From: Desulfobacterales bacterium
GTDB lineage: Bacteria; Desulfobacterota; Desulfobacteria; Desulfobacterales; UBA5852
Direction: 5' to 3'
DNA: 64,000 nt
NCBI GenBank assembly: GCA_963674755.2
Contig: CAXXVS010000003.1
Location: forward strand, 320,001 to 384,000
In this document: piece by piece, positions 19,763 through 29,658 of the stretch
Numbering within the stretch: the first letter of the stretch is position 1
Layout: every line of letters begins with the position of its first letter
Program-made: the position numbers and the translations under genes
Notes under the pieces: model-generated
What the model was told of the DNA's origin: nothing
The model's input: the letters and a program-made list of their open reading frames with translations, nothing else
Database searches by the model: none

Positions 19763-20242
19763 TCAACTGATGGGCAGCATATAGTCTGCCAGGCGGCTGG
19801 ATGTTTTGCGCAGGTTGTTGCTGAGCAAAATGGCGATACCCTTCAGCAGCTTGATGCCGATGTTGGCATGACGGTGCAAAATCAGGTCGAAGGCCGCCTG
19901 GGAGAGAATGAACAGCTTGGCGTTGTCGCGCGCTTTGATGGTGGCCGAGCGCGGCATGTTTTCAATGACCGACATTTCGCCGATGGACTGCCCCTTGTGC
20001 AGGGTGGTGATGACGATCTCCTGCTCCTTCGCCGTGGGTTGTTTGATGACATCCAGCGTACCGTGGGCGATGAAACACATGAAATTGCCCCGGTCGGCCT
20101 CCTGAAAGAGAAGCTCGCCCGGCTGCAACTCGATCACGTTCATGTGTTTGGCCACCAATTTGATTTCTTCAGCATTCATCCGGCTGAAAAGCGGGATGTT
20201 CGTGAAAAACGCAATGATGGCTTTTGACAGATTAGGATCCAT
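19763..20242 (-). CDS. Stand-alone cyclic nucleotide-binding domain protein
   Basis: IPLFS, LFQE, GQSIGEMSVIENMPRSATIKA cNMP pocket; no HTH domain. Confidence 0.88.
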   Translation of the reverse strand: MDPNLSKAIIAFFTNIPLFSRMNAEEIKLVAKHMNVIELQPGELLFQEADRGNFMCFIAHGTLDVIKQPTAKEQEIVITTLHKGQSIGEMSVIENMPRSATIKARDNAKLFILSQAAFDLILHRHANIGIKLLKGIAILLSNNLRKTSSRLADYMLPIS

Positions 20243-20366
20243 CCTCTAAAACCCTCACGTCGGGCGCTTGCTCGCGCCGGATACCCGTATATATAATGCT
20301 TCTAACAAAATTTGCACGCTAAATGAAGCCTTTCTTCACCACCATACCCTTTAAAGGAGGCCTGCC

Positions 20367-20948
20367 ATGACCAACGCGCTCCCCACGCGCGAAGACGCCT
20401 GGAAGCTGCTGACATCCTACAATCAAAGCGAGAGCCTGCGCAAACACGCCCTGGCCGTGGAGGGCGTCATGCGCTATTTCGCCCGCCAATACGGTGAAGA
20501 CGAAACCGTCTGGGGAATTATCGGCCTGATCCACGATCTGGACTACGAGCAGTATCCGGATCAGCACTGCATCAAGACCGAGGAAATCCTGCGGGAGCAT
20601 GAATGGCCGGAGGACTATATCCGGGCCGTGATCAGCCACGGCTACGGTATCTGCACGGATGTGGAGCCCCGCTCGACCATGGAAAAAGTGCTGTTTGCGG
20701 TGGACGAACTGACCGGCCTGGTAACCACCACGGCCCTGGTGCGCCCTTCGAAAAGCGTCATGGATCTCAAGGTCAAATCCGTGAAAAAGAAATGGAAGGA
20801 CAAACGCTTCGCCGCCGGTGTGGATCGATCCATCATCGAGAAGGGGGCCGCCATGCTGGACATGGAACTCGCGGCCCTCATCACCGGTACCATTATGGGA
20901 ATGCAGGAGGTGGCCGATGCCATCGGCCTTAAAGGAGAGCCCGCCTAG
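20367..20948 (+). CDS. HDIG-domain metal-dependent hydrolase
   Basis: KHALAVE, GLIHDLDYE, SHG, AVDELTG, KKKWKDKRFAAGV; RBS AAGGAGG. Confidence 0.88.
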   Translation: MTNALPTREDAWKLLTSYNQSESLRKHALAVEGVMRYFARQYGEDETVWGIIGLIHDLDYEQYPDQHCIKTEEILREHEWPEDYIRAVISHGYGICTDVEPRSTMEKVLFAVDELTGLVTTTALVRPSKSVMDLKVKSVKKKWKDKRFAAGVDRSIIEKGAAMLDMELAALITGTIMGMQEVADAIGLKGEPA

Positions 20949-21005
20949 ACGGGCCGTTTCGAAGGACTGGCGTAAGGAGAGGGGGCCATCGCTTCAGGAA
21001 ATTGT

Positions 21006-21039
21006 CCGCCGCCCCCCGCTTGAGGGCGGGAGGCGGCGG
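21006..21039. terminator. GC-rich hairpin between convergent HDIG and dnaK genes
   Basis: CCGCCGCC...GGCGGCGG inverted repeat. Confidence 0.5.
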
Positions 21040-21047
21040 GTGCAGGG

Positions 21048-22946
21048 TTAATGCACTTCTTCAAATTCAGCGTCCACGACATCCTCATGGGATTTCCGGG
21101 AAGGCCCGGCAGACGCCGTTTCCCCGGTTCCCGCACCGCCAGCCCCCTGGCTGTAGGCCGTGGACCCCATCTGCTGGGCGATGCGTTTGAGATCCTCGCT
21201 CAGGCGGCGGATCTCGGCCACGTCATCCCCCTGCATGGCGGTCTTTAAAGCCTGGACCGCGTTGCTGACCTGGGTCCGGGAACTCTCGTCCAACCGGCCC
21301 TGCAACTCCTGCAGGCTTTTTTCGGTGGTGTAGACCAGGGCATCCGCCTCGTTGCGGGCGTCCACGAGCCCTTTCTTGCGGCGGTCCTCATCGGCATGCA
21401 TTTCCGCTTCCCGCACCAGGCGGTCGACATCGTCCTTATTCAGACCGCTGGAAGCCGTGATGCGGATAGACTGCTCCTTGCCGGTGGCCTGATCCTTGGC
21501 CGAAACACTGACAATGCCGTTGGCGTCGATGTCGAAAGAGACCTCGATCTGGGGCATGCCCCGGGGGGCCGGTGCGATCCCGGTCAGTTCGAAGCGGCCG
21601 AGGGTCTTGTTGTCCGAGGCCATCTCCCGCTCACCCTGCAGAACATGCACCGTTACGGCCGGCTGGTTGTCTTCCGCGGTGGAAAACACCTGGCTCTGAC
21701 GGGCCGGAATGGTGGTGTTGCGTTCGATCAGCCGCGTCATGACACCGCCTAGGGTTTCGATGCCCAGGGACAGCGGGGTCACATCCAGCAGCAGCACGTC
21801 CTTGATGTCACCTTTCAGGACGGCTCCCTGGATAGCGGCCCCCATGGCCACCACTTCGTCCGGATTGACACCCTTGCCGGGCTCGCGGCCGAAAATTGCC
21901 TTCACGCGCGCCTGGACAGCCGGCATACGAGTCATACCGCCCACCAGAATGACGTCGTCGATCTCGCCTGAAGAAAGACCTGCATCCTTCATGGCCTGAC
22001 GGCATGGTCCTTCCAGCCTGTTCAGCAATTCGGCCACCAGTGCTTCCAGTTTGGCCCGGGACAGCTTGATGTTCATGTGTTTGGGACCACCGGCATCGGC
22101 CGTGATAAAGGGCAGATTGATCTCCGTTTCCATCGAAGAGGAAAGTTCCATCTTGGCCTTTTCGGCAGCTTCTTTGAGCCGCTGCAAGGCCATCTTGTCG
22201 GAACGCACATCGATGCCCTGATCCTTGCGGAAGGTGTCCGCCAGATAGTCGATCAGACGCAGGTCGAAATCCTCGCCCCCCAGATGGGTGTCGCCGTTGG
22301 TGGCCTTGACTTCGAACACCCCGTCCCCGATTTCCAGGATGGAGATGTCAAAGGTGCCGCCGCCAAGATCGAACACCGCGATTTTTTTATCTTTTTTTCC
22401 TTCCAAGCCATAGGCCAGGGAGGCGGCCGTAGGCTCGTTGATGATGCGCAGGACGTTCAGACCGGCGATTTTACCGGCGTCCTTGGTGGCCTGGCGCTGA
22501 CTGTCGTCGAAATAGGCCGGCACGGTGATGACCGCGTCGGTGACCTTTTCCCCGAGGTAGTCCTCCGCCGCCTTGCGTATGGTGCTCAAAATAAAGGACG
22601 AAATCTCCGCCGGACTGTAAGCCTTATCTTTGAGACGGACGCGCACGTCGCCGTTTTCGGCTGCCTCGATCCGATAGGGCAATACCGGAACGTCCCGCTG
22701 GACCTCGGCTGAAGTATATTTTCGTCCGATCAGCCGTTTGACACCGAAAACCGTATTTTCCGGATTGGTAACGGCCTGGCGTTTGGCAATCTGACCCACA
22801 AGGCGCTCACCCGCGTCGTTGACAGCCACGATGGAAGGCGTGGTACGGCCCCCCTCGCTGTTGGTGATCACCTTGGTGTCTTTGTTCTCCATGATCGCGA
22901 CACAAGAATTGGTGGTGCCCAGATCAATTCCAATAACCTTACCCAT
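21048..22946 (-). CDS. dnaK: Molecular chaperone DnaK (Hsp70)
   Basis: [29 protein letters not shown], acidic C-terminus VVDAEFEEV. Confidence 0.98.
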   Translation of the reverse strand: MGKVIGIDLGTTNSCVAIMENKDTKVITNSEGGRTTPSIVAVNDAGERLVGQIAKRQAVTNPENTVFGVKRLIGRKYTSAEVQRDVPVLPYRIEAAENGDVRVRLKDKAYSPAEISSFILSTIRKAAEDYLGEKVTDAVITVPAYFDDSQRQATKDAGKIAGLNVLRIINEPTAASLAYGLEGKKDKKIAVFDLGGGTFDISILEIGDGVFEVKATNGDTHLGGEDFDLRLIDYLADTFRKDQGIDVRSDKMALQRLKEAAEKAKMELSSSMETEINLPFITADAGGPKHMNIKLSRAKLEALVAELLNRLEGPCRQAMKDAGLSSGEIDDVILVGGMTRMPAVQARVKAIFGREPGKGVNPDEVVAMGAAIQGAVLKGDIKDVLLLDVTPLSLGIETLGGVMTRLIERNTTIPARQSQVFSTAEDNQPAVTVHVLQGEREMASDNKTLGRFELTGIAPAPRGMPQIEVSFDIDANGIVSVSAKDQATGKEQSIRITASSGLNKDDVDRLVREAEMHADEDRRKKGLVDARNEADALVYTTEKSLQELQGRLDESSRTQVSNAVQALKTAMQGDDVAEIRRLSEDLKRIAQQMGSTAYSQGAGGAGTGETASAGPSRKSHEDVVDAEFEEVH

Positions 22947-22975
22947 GATGAATACCCCCTATATAGATTATTATT

Positions 22976-23028
22976 ACATTACTTAAAAACATTTATAACA
23001 AAAGTAATGTTTGTCGTGGGGGTGTCAA
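22976..23028 (-). promoter_or_regulatory. dnaK promoter (TTGACA-16-TACTTT) overlapped by a 9-17-9 inverted repeat
   Basis: TTGACA at 23028-23023 (minus); ACATTACTT 22976-22984 and AAGTAATGT 23002-23010. Confidence 0.55.
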
Positions 23029-23081
23029 GGGTATGGGGGTACCGCCCTCCAAATTTTCTCAGCCATATTACAAAAGGCGGC

Positions 23082-23993
23082 TTACCCTGTGGAGCGCTGT
23101 TGTTTCTTGGCCCACTGGGCCGCACCGATCCCGGCCACGCAGCCTTCCCCGACCGCTTTGGCCATCTGCCAGGGCATCCCGCAAATATCGCCGGCGGCAA
23201 AAATGCCGGGTACATTGGTCTCCTGCTGCTTATTGGTCCGAATGTATTTCATGCTGTCATCCAGCTGAATGCCCAGATTGAGCGCCAACTCCAACACCCC
23301 CTTGGCGCCCAGTTCGACAAAGACCCCTTGCACCGCCAGACGGGAACCATCCCCCAGGCGAACCCCTTCCACCGCCTCGTTGCCGTAAATGGCTTCAATA
23401 TGCTGGCCTTCATGAAGGATGACCGGCGAGGATAGAAGGTCTTTTTTCAGGGTTTCGGCCACCGCCAGGCCATCGCAGACCAAATGCACCTCGCGCGCCG
23501 TTTTAGTGAGGGTCAGGGCGCCGTCCACAGCCGCGCTTTCCCCGCCAGCCACACACACGTCCATCCCCCGGAAAAAAAGGCCATCGCAATCCACGCAAAA
23601 GCTGACACCCTTGCCCAAGAATTCCTTCTCCCCGGGAACCCCCAAGTGATTGCGCTTGGAGCCCGTGGCCAGGATCAAACTCCAGGCCTCGATTTCTGCA
23701 CCGCCTTCCGTGCGAAGGCGAAAGCGATCCCCCTCCGTAACGATCCCCAAAACATTTTCTTCCCTGACATGGGCTCCGAAGCGCCGCGCCTGTTCGAGGC
23801 CGCGCGCCAGCATTTCTTCGCCGGAAATATTGAACAGACTGAAATAGTTTTCGATATGCGCACTGAAAAGGCTGCTTTTCTCAATGCTTCCCAAAAGCAG
23901 AACGGATGTCTTGCGCCGGGCCGCATGGACCGCCGCCTGGAGCCCGGCCGGTCCCAGGCCCAGAATGACGACATCGTAGTCAAGTGGTTTCAT
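23082..23993 (-). CDS. trxB: Thioredoxin reductase-like FAD/NAD(P)H oxidoreductase
   Basis: GLGPAGLQAA, LATG, GKGVSFCVDCDG (CxxC), GIFAAGD; ATG 23993 follows GGAGG. Confidence 0.8.
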   Translation of the reverse strand: MKPLDYDVVILGLGPAGLQAAVHAARRKTSVLLLGSIEKSSLFSAHIENYFSLFNISGEEMLARGLEQARRFGAHVREENVLGIVTEGDRFRLRTEGGAEIEAWSLILATGSKRNHLGVPGEKEFLGKGVSFCVDCDGLFFRGMDVCVAGGESAAVDGALTLTKTAREVHLVCDGLAVAETLKKDLLSSPVILHEGQHIEAIYGNEAVEGVRLGDGSRLAVQGVFVELGAKGVLELALNLGIQLDDSMKYIRTNKQQETNVPGIFAAGDICGMPWQMAKAVGEGCVAGIGAAQWAKKQQRSTG

Positions 23994-24214
23994 CAATTGA
24001 CCCTCCGTGGGTTGGGGTTGCTGTCGTTGGGTTGCCCCTATCATTATAGGAACTAAACCATCGGATGCCACCTGCCGCTCCGGGGGTTGCGAATGGACTT
24101 TTCGATGCAAATGATTTAGATTTCCTTAAGCATGCAGTAGGGCGGTCGACGGTGCGCGGCCGATTCCGATAATGCCAGCCCCTTACCACTCAAGATGATT
24201 CAGGAAATCTTACG

Positions 24215-25045
24215 ATGACCAACGATGTGCTCGCAGGACGACGGATCGGGTTTATCGGCGCCGGTAATATGGCCGAAGCCATCATTCGGGGATTGCTGGA
24301 CAGCCAGACAGTGAGTCCCGGAAACATCACGGCTTCCGATGTCATGCCCGAGCGCCTTGAATTCATGGCAACCACCTATGGCATCGGCACCACGGAGGAC
24401 AATGGGGCCCTGGTTGCGGGAGCCGACATCCTGGTGCTGGCGATCAAGCCCCAAGTGGCATCACAGGTGCTGGCCCACATCGCCTCCCACACCGATGACA
24501 CCAAGCTGATCATCTCCATCGTGGCCGGCTTGACCTCCGTCACCATGAGCGCCGCTTTGGGCGCCGGACCGCGCATTGTACGCACGGTGCCCAACACGCC
24601 GGTTTTCGTAGGTGAGGGCATGGTCGCCATCGCTGCCGACGGACCCGCCCGTCAAGAGGATTATGCCGCGGCGGCGGCTATCTTCGAACCGGTGGCCCGC
24701 ATCGTCATGGTGGAAGAAAAGCACATGGATGCCGCCATCGGGGTTTCCGGCTCCGGACCGGCCTACGGGTTTTTGATGATCGAGGCCCTGTCGGACGGCG
24801 GCGTTAAAATGGGCCTGCCGCGTCCGGTAGCACTCGAACTAGCCGCCCAGACCCTTCTCGGGGCGGCCAAGATGTGCCTCGAATCCGGCCGTCACCCCGG
24901 ACAGCTGAAGGATATGGTCACCTCACCGGGGGGCACCACCATCGCGGCCCTGCACAAAATGGAAGCGGCCGGTGTGCGGGCTGCCTTGATGGATGCCGTG
25001 GAAGCCGCCACCCGGAAGTCAGAGGAGCTCGGTCGACAGGGATAG
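24215..25045 (+). CDS. proC: Pyrroline-5-carboxylate reductase
   Basis: IGFIGAGNMAEA, LAIKPQ, PNTP, SGSGPAY, VTSPGGTT. Confidence 0.96.
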   Translation: MTNDVLAGRRIGFIGAGNMAEAIIRGLLDSQTVSPGNITASDVMPERLEFMATTYGIGTTEDNGALVAGADILVLAIKPQVASQVLAHIASHTDDTKLIISIVAGLTSVTMSAALGAGPRIVRTVPNTPVFVGEGMVAIAADGPARQEDYAAAAAIFEPVARIVMVEEKHMDAAIGVSGSGPAYGFLMIEALSDGGVKMGLPRPVALELAAQTLLGAAKMCLESGRHPGQLKDMVTSPGGTTIAALHKMEAAGVRAALMDAVEAATRKSEELGRQG

Positions 25046-25174
25046 GCTTGTAAAACATGGGGGCGCCGACCGCTGTGATCTTTGCTTTCATCAGTGATCG
25101 CCATAGAGCCACAGCCATGACGCCGGAACGTCACCCGCAATGCGCCGTTAATCCCGCCAAGAAGGACTTGGACC

Positions 25175-25369
25175 ATGAACCGCTTTTTTAAGGTCATCCT
25201 GCATCTCAGCGTTTTCGCCATCGGCATTCCCGTAGTGGCTTTCTCCAATTTCTGGGACTGGAACCTCCTGCGGGGGATGGTGCTGCCCATCCTGGCGACC
25301 GGATTTTTCATCTACCTGATTCTGTTTGTTGCCCTTGGAGGCTATCGGGTCTTTCAATCATCAACCTGA
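25175..25369 (+). CDS. Small hypothetical membrane protein (two hydrophobic segments)
   Basis: 64-aa ORF with AAGGA upstream and two TM-like stretches. Confidence 0.55.
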   Translation: MNRFFKVILHLSVFAIGIPVVAFSNFWDWNLLRGMVLPILATGFFIYLILFVALGGYRVFQSST

Positions 25370-25421
25370 CGGCACCTGCCTGAAGATGCCAGCAAGCAAA
25401 CACCGGAAAGGAGCGTTCGCC

Positions 25422-26042
25422 ATGTCCGACCGCACGATCCTTGAAATCTTCACGGACTATATCTGACCCTGGTGCTATTTCATTACCGGGCGTATTGAAA
25501 GACTGCAGCAGGAATTCGACATCGACCTTCGCTGGACATGGTTTCCCCTCCATCCGGAAACACCGGAGGAGGGCCGCCGCCTAGAGGATCTTTTTGCCGG
25601 ACAACCCGTCAACATCCCGGAGATGCTGGCCCACCTTAAAAAAACCGCCGATCAGATGGGGTTGCCCTTCGGCGAACGCCATATGACCTTCAACAGCCGT
25701 AAGGCGCAGGAGCTTAGCAAGTGGGCCGAACAGCGCGGCCTGGGGGACGCTTTTCACCGCGCTGTTTTCGAGGCTTATTTTGCCGAGGGAAGGAATATCG
25801 GCCGACTGCCGGTGCTGTTGGAGATTGTGCAAGTCATCGGGGGGGATCCTGAAAAAGCACGCATCGCTTTGAACGATAGCCATTTCAAGGCGGCCGTGGA
25901 TCAAGACTGGCAGCGCGCCCGGTCCATGGGAGTCACCGCCGTGCCGACCTTCGTCGCCAACGGCCGCCGCCTGGTGGGTGCCCATCGTTACCAGAATTTG
26001 GCGCGTTTTATAACACAGGCCCCAACAGACCCTTTCTCATAA
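25422..26042 (+). CDS. DsbA/FrnE-family thiol-disulfide oxidoreductase containing selenocysteine (UPWC)
   Basis: ATG 25422 after AAGGAG reads MSDRTILEIFTDYI-TGA-PWCY...FPLHPETP and continues in frame into ORF 25623-26042 (GVTAVPTF); the TGA at 25464-25466 occupies the first Cys of CPWC. Confidence 0.88.
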
Positions 26043-26046
26043 GGAA

Positions 26047-29000
26047 TCAAAAAAGTTTAAGCTGCACCTGCTGCACCTTACGGTCCACGGCAAGCTGCGG
26101 GGACTGGTGCTTCAAGAGCTGGCGCTCGATGTCGGACACAAACGGAGATAAGTCCCGCACTTCCTGACGGCCAAATAGGCGCCGCTTGCGGGACCATGTC
26201 AGATAAAGCTGCTCTTTGGCGCGGGTCAGTGCCACGTAAAACAGACGCCGCTCTTCATCCACATCCACGACGGCGCTATCCCCGCGACAAAGGGGAATCA
26301 AACCTTCCTCGCACCCAACGATAAATACCACCGGAAACTCCAATCCTTTGGCCGCGTGGATGGTGGACAAGGTCACTTTCTCCACCCGGGGCTGCACCAT
26401 ATCGGCATCACTTTGCAGGGCCAGCCGGGCGAAAAAACGCTCCGGATCCCCCTGGCATTGTCCGGCATGGACCACCAGGCGGTTCGCCGATTCCTGCAAC
26501 CGCGCGGCGTCATCCTCCTCCTTTGTCCATTGGGCGGCCAGATGGCGGATGCGATCGGCAAGAGATAAGGACCTCAATTCGGCCGTGTGGTTTTGCAGAT
26601 CGTCCAGTGCCTGGGCGAGCCGTCGCCTTTTGGACGCTGAGAGCGCCTGAAAAGGCCCGGCATCGATCTGCTCCATAGCTTGTGAAATGGTAAACTGATG
26701 GTGGTCCATGACGTCCAGCAATACCATCACGCTGGTTTTATCCATGGGGGGCAGCAGAAAAGCGGCCATTCGATTGATATCGTTGGCGGTTGCCATACCA
26801 TAAGTGATGCGCAACAACGACAACCATGCCGCTACCCGCGGGTCTTCATAGTAGTGCCGGCGGCTGGCGGTTTGAAAGGGAATGCCGGCCTGCGCGAAGA
26901 TCTCCGACAAAGTATCAGCCTGCTGGCTGGTACGGTAAAGGACAGCAAAATCCGCAAAGCTGTAATCGTGGGTCGCATAGCCGTCCACCTTGCCGGAATC
27001 GATCGCCAAAAAACCGGCTCCGCCGACGGCCTTTTCGATGGTCTGCCCCACCGCAACGGCTTCGGCCTTTTCCGACGGCAGCTCGATCACCGCCAGGTGC
27101 GGCATGCCGGTCAACCCCGAATAGAGCCGGGCCCCCATTCCCCCCAGACCGGATAGAGGGCTTTGACTGGGGCGGATCACCTGACCGGAGGCCGCCAAAA
27201 TGGTTTCGGTGGAGCGGTAGTTGCGAGTGAGGTGCACGACCCGGGCGTCAGGATAGTCTTCCACGAACTGGTTGAAGAAGGCCACATCGGATCCCCGAAA
27301 GCCGTAGATGGCCTGGTCCGGATCGCCGATCACGCAGAGATTCCCGTCCGGGGGCACCAGCCGCCGGATCAGACGGTACTGTCCGAAATTCAAATCCTGG
27401 TATTCATCCACAAACACATGGGAAAAGCGCTGGCGGCATCCTTTCAAAAATGCGGCGTCGTTTTCCAGCCGTCGAACCACCCTGAAGATCAAGTCTTCAA
27501 AGTCCAGAAGGTCTTGATCCTCCATGAAACGCTGATAGACGCCATAGGCGCGGGCAAATTGGCTGGCCGGCGCTTCCGGCGCCACGGATTCGAAATGATC
27601 TTCCGGGCCCCGCAAGCGCTGTTTGGCATCGACGATCTTCTTCAGAAGTGATTGGGCACTGACGGTCACCGCATCGCCATCCTGAACAAGGCGGTGCAAG
27701 ACCCGTTGGATGATAAACAGGCGCTCTTCATCATTGACAATGCGCAGCGCCCGCCCGGCCGTTTCTTCCCGGATCAGGGTCCAGCACAAGGCATGGAAGG
27801 TGACCGTCATGGGCAGCGCCATATCCTCGTCCAGCAAATGCACCAGACGTGAGCGCATTTCCTCGGCGGCCTTTTCGGTAAAGGTCACCGCCAGCACGGC
27901 TTCCGGCGGCAGGCCGCGCTCCTGGATCAAATGGGCGATCCGGTGGGTCAGGGTGCGCGTCTTGCCTGTTCCCGGACCGGCCACGATCAACAGCGGCCCG
28001 TTTCCATGGGTGATGGCTTGCTGTTGGGCGTTATTGTCCCGCTCCGGTTTTCCTGTAAGTTGTTTCTTCAAAGGTAAATCGTCGTAAAAACGGCTGTCCT
28101 CCTCAACTGGGGAATGATCAGCCGGTCGGTTGTTCGGAGCCGGTTCCTTGGCCGGCATGCCCGGAAAAAGTACCCGTTGCCCCAGCAGAGCAGCCTTTTC
28201 TTTATCTGTAAAAATACGGATGCGGCCGAACTCGCCGTCAAACCCGGCTTTAATGTTTACTTCCCCGGAGCGCATACGGCGAATGGCTTCCCCCAGTAAA
28301 GGGATGCCCAGGGCGTCAATATCTTCCGGGAGGGCCTGGCGCAGAATGTAAAGCTCGTTTCCCAGGGAAGACAACGCGAGATGATAAGCCCGTTTGACGG
28401 TCTTCGTAGCCGGCCCCACCTGAAGCACCTCGGCCAGGATTTCCACGAAGGGAATCAAACTTTCAAAAGGCGGATAACCATTCGGTACGGTTTCCGGGGT
28501 ACGGTCGGCCAGGGCCTGAACCCGGTTGAACACCCCCACGGTGAGCGCTCGGCCGCAGACCGGACATATCCCCTTGAATTTCCGGGTCTCCTCGGGGGTG
28601 AGAGACACCCCGCACTTGCGATGCCCGTCCAGATGATATTTTCCCTCCTCGGGATGAAATTCGATGGTACCACCAAAATGACCAAGGGAAGGGTTTTCCA
28701 GAGCGGCACGGATGGCGCTATAGGCTGGTTCGCAATGAAATAGGTTGGCTTCCCGGGCCAGTTTGGAAGCCGAGTGGGCGTCTGAGTTGGAGACGAGGGT
28801 CAGCCGATCCAGGCTGGATACCAGCCGATTCATGGGCGGATCCGACGAAAGACCGGTTTCGACCGCAAAAATGTGGCCGGAAAGATCCCCGAAACAGTCC
28901 TCCAGGCTGTCAAAGCCGGATTTCGATCCCAGGAGCGAAAACCAGGGGGTCCAGATATGGGCCGGTATCAAAAAAGCGCGTTCATCCGTCTCCAGCAGGA

Positions 29001-29448
29001 TTTCCAGCAGATCGCGGGCGTCCAGACCGAGAATGGGGCGGCCGTCGGAGCGAATATTGCCGATATCATCCAAGCGCCGGTTGAACCGCTCCGCAGCGTC
29101 CAGACTGGGCAGAAAGACGAGGTTATGGTTTTTCCTGGTTTGACCGTCTTTTTTGTAAATATTGCTGATTTCCGATACCAGCAGAAAGCGCACGGGCGCA
29201 CGGCATCCGGTCGGCACGCGGGATGCGCAGGCCGAGGTCAGCTCGTCATTGAGCCGGAACAAGCCATCGCCGTCCGGGACCAGCTTGGCCCTGATTTCCG
29301 ACATCCAGCCGGGATGGGTGGCATCGCCCGTACCGAGAACCGCCAGCCCTTTCATTTGGGCGGCCGTATGAAGTTGCTCCAGATCGAGATCCTTGGAGGT
29401 GGCCCGGGAAAACCGGGAGTGGATATGCAGATCAGCTAAAAACGTCAT
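26047..29448 (-). CDS. Endonuclease Q (PHP/TIGR00375-like) - UvrD/PcrA helicase fusion
   Basis: N-term DLHIHS, GTGD, PAHIWTPW, ETGLSSD, NSDAHS, GKYH..CPVCG; C-term AGPGTGKT, VDEYQD, GDPDQAIYGFRG, NYRS, HAAKGLEF, EERRLFYVALTRA. Confidence 0.92.
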   Translation of the reverse strand: MTFLADLHIHSRFSRATSKDLDLEQLHTAAQMKGLAVLGTGDATHPGWMSEIRAKLVPDGDGLFRLNDELTSACASRVPTGCRAPVRFLLVSEISNIYKKDGQTRKNHNLVFLPSLDAAERFNRRLDDIGNIRSDGRPILGLDARDLLEILLETDERAFLIPAHIWTPWFSLLGSKSGFDSLEDCFGDLSGHIFAVETGLSSDPPMNRLVSSLDRLTLVSNSDAHSASKLAREANLFHCEPAYSAIRAALENPSLGHFGGTIEFHPEEGKYHLDGHRKCGVSLTPEETRKFKGICPVCGRALTVGVFNRVQALADRTPETVPNGYPPFESLIPFVEILAEVLQVGPATKTVKRAYHLALSSLGNELYILRQALPEDIDALGIPLLGEAIRRMRSGEVNIKAGFDGEFGRIRIFTDKEKAALLGQRVLFPGMPAKEPAPNNRPADHSPVEEDSRFYDDLPLKKQLTGKPERDNNAQQQAITHGNGPLLIVAGPGTGKTRTLTHRIAHLIQERGLPPEAVLAVTFTEKAAEEMRSRLVHLLDEDMALPMTVTFHALCWTLIREETAGRALRIVNDEERLFIIQRVLHRLVQDGDAVTVSAQSLLKKIVDAKQRLRGPEDHFESVAPEAPASQFARAYGVYQRFMEDQDLLDFEDLIFRVVRRLENDAAFLKGCRQRFSHVFVDEYQDLNFGQYRLIRRLVPPDGNLCVIGDPDQAIYGFRGSDVAFFNQFVEDYPDARVVHLTRNYRSTETILAASGQVIRPSQSPLSGLGGMGARLYSGLTGMPHLAVIELPSEKAEAVAVGQTIEKAVGGAGFLAIDSGKVDGYATHDYSFADFAVLYRTSQQADTLSEIFAQAGIPFQTASRRHYYEDPRVAAWLSLLRITYGMATANDINRMAAFLLPPMDKTSVMVLLDVMDHHQFTISQAMEQIDAGPFQALSASKRRRLAQALDDLQNHTAELRSLSLADRIRHLAAQWTKEEDDAARLQESANRLVVHAGQCQGDPERFFARLALQSDADMVQPRVEKVTLSTIHAAKGLEFPVVFIVGCEEGLIPLCRGDSAVVDVDEERRLFYVALTRAKEQLYLTWSRKRRLFGRQEVRDLSPFVSDIERQLLKHQSPQLAVDRKVQQVQLKLF

Positions 29449-29548
29449 TGTTTCCAATCCCTTTTGTCATCCCGGAGCGCCTGGGAGGAGCATCTTTGAT
29501 CCCGTGACGGAAATATCCGCCACGGGATCGTCGGAACCCTTAAAAATC

Positions 29549-29615
29549 TTGTAATCGCAAGACAATCAGGCTATATATATTCACTTTTTAGTAAGCGCCA
29601 TACCATATATTGTAT
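29549..29615 (+). promoter_or_regulatory. sigma70 promoter TTGTAA-17-TATATA with tandem NrdR-box-like sites
   Basis: AGGCTATATATATTCA (29568-29583) and ATACCATATATTGTAT (29600-29615), starts 32 bp apart, versus consensus acaCwAtATaTwGtgt. Confidence 0.6.
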
Positions 29616-29658
29616 TTTAGCCTGAAACCCTATTCACCATCAATGGGTATATAAAGCT

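Noticed and set aside
22947..23081. CIRCE element before dnaK
   Set aside because: No TTAGCACTC-N9-GAGTGCTAA present
25623..26042. 139-aa ORF as the complete DsbA protein
   Set aside because: It lacks the active site, which lies upstream across an in-frame TGA
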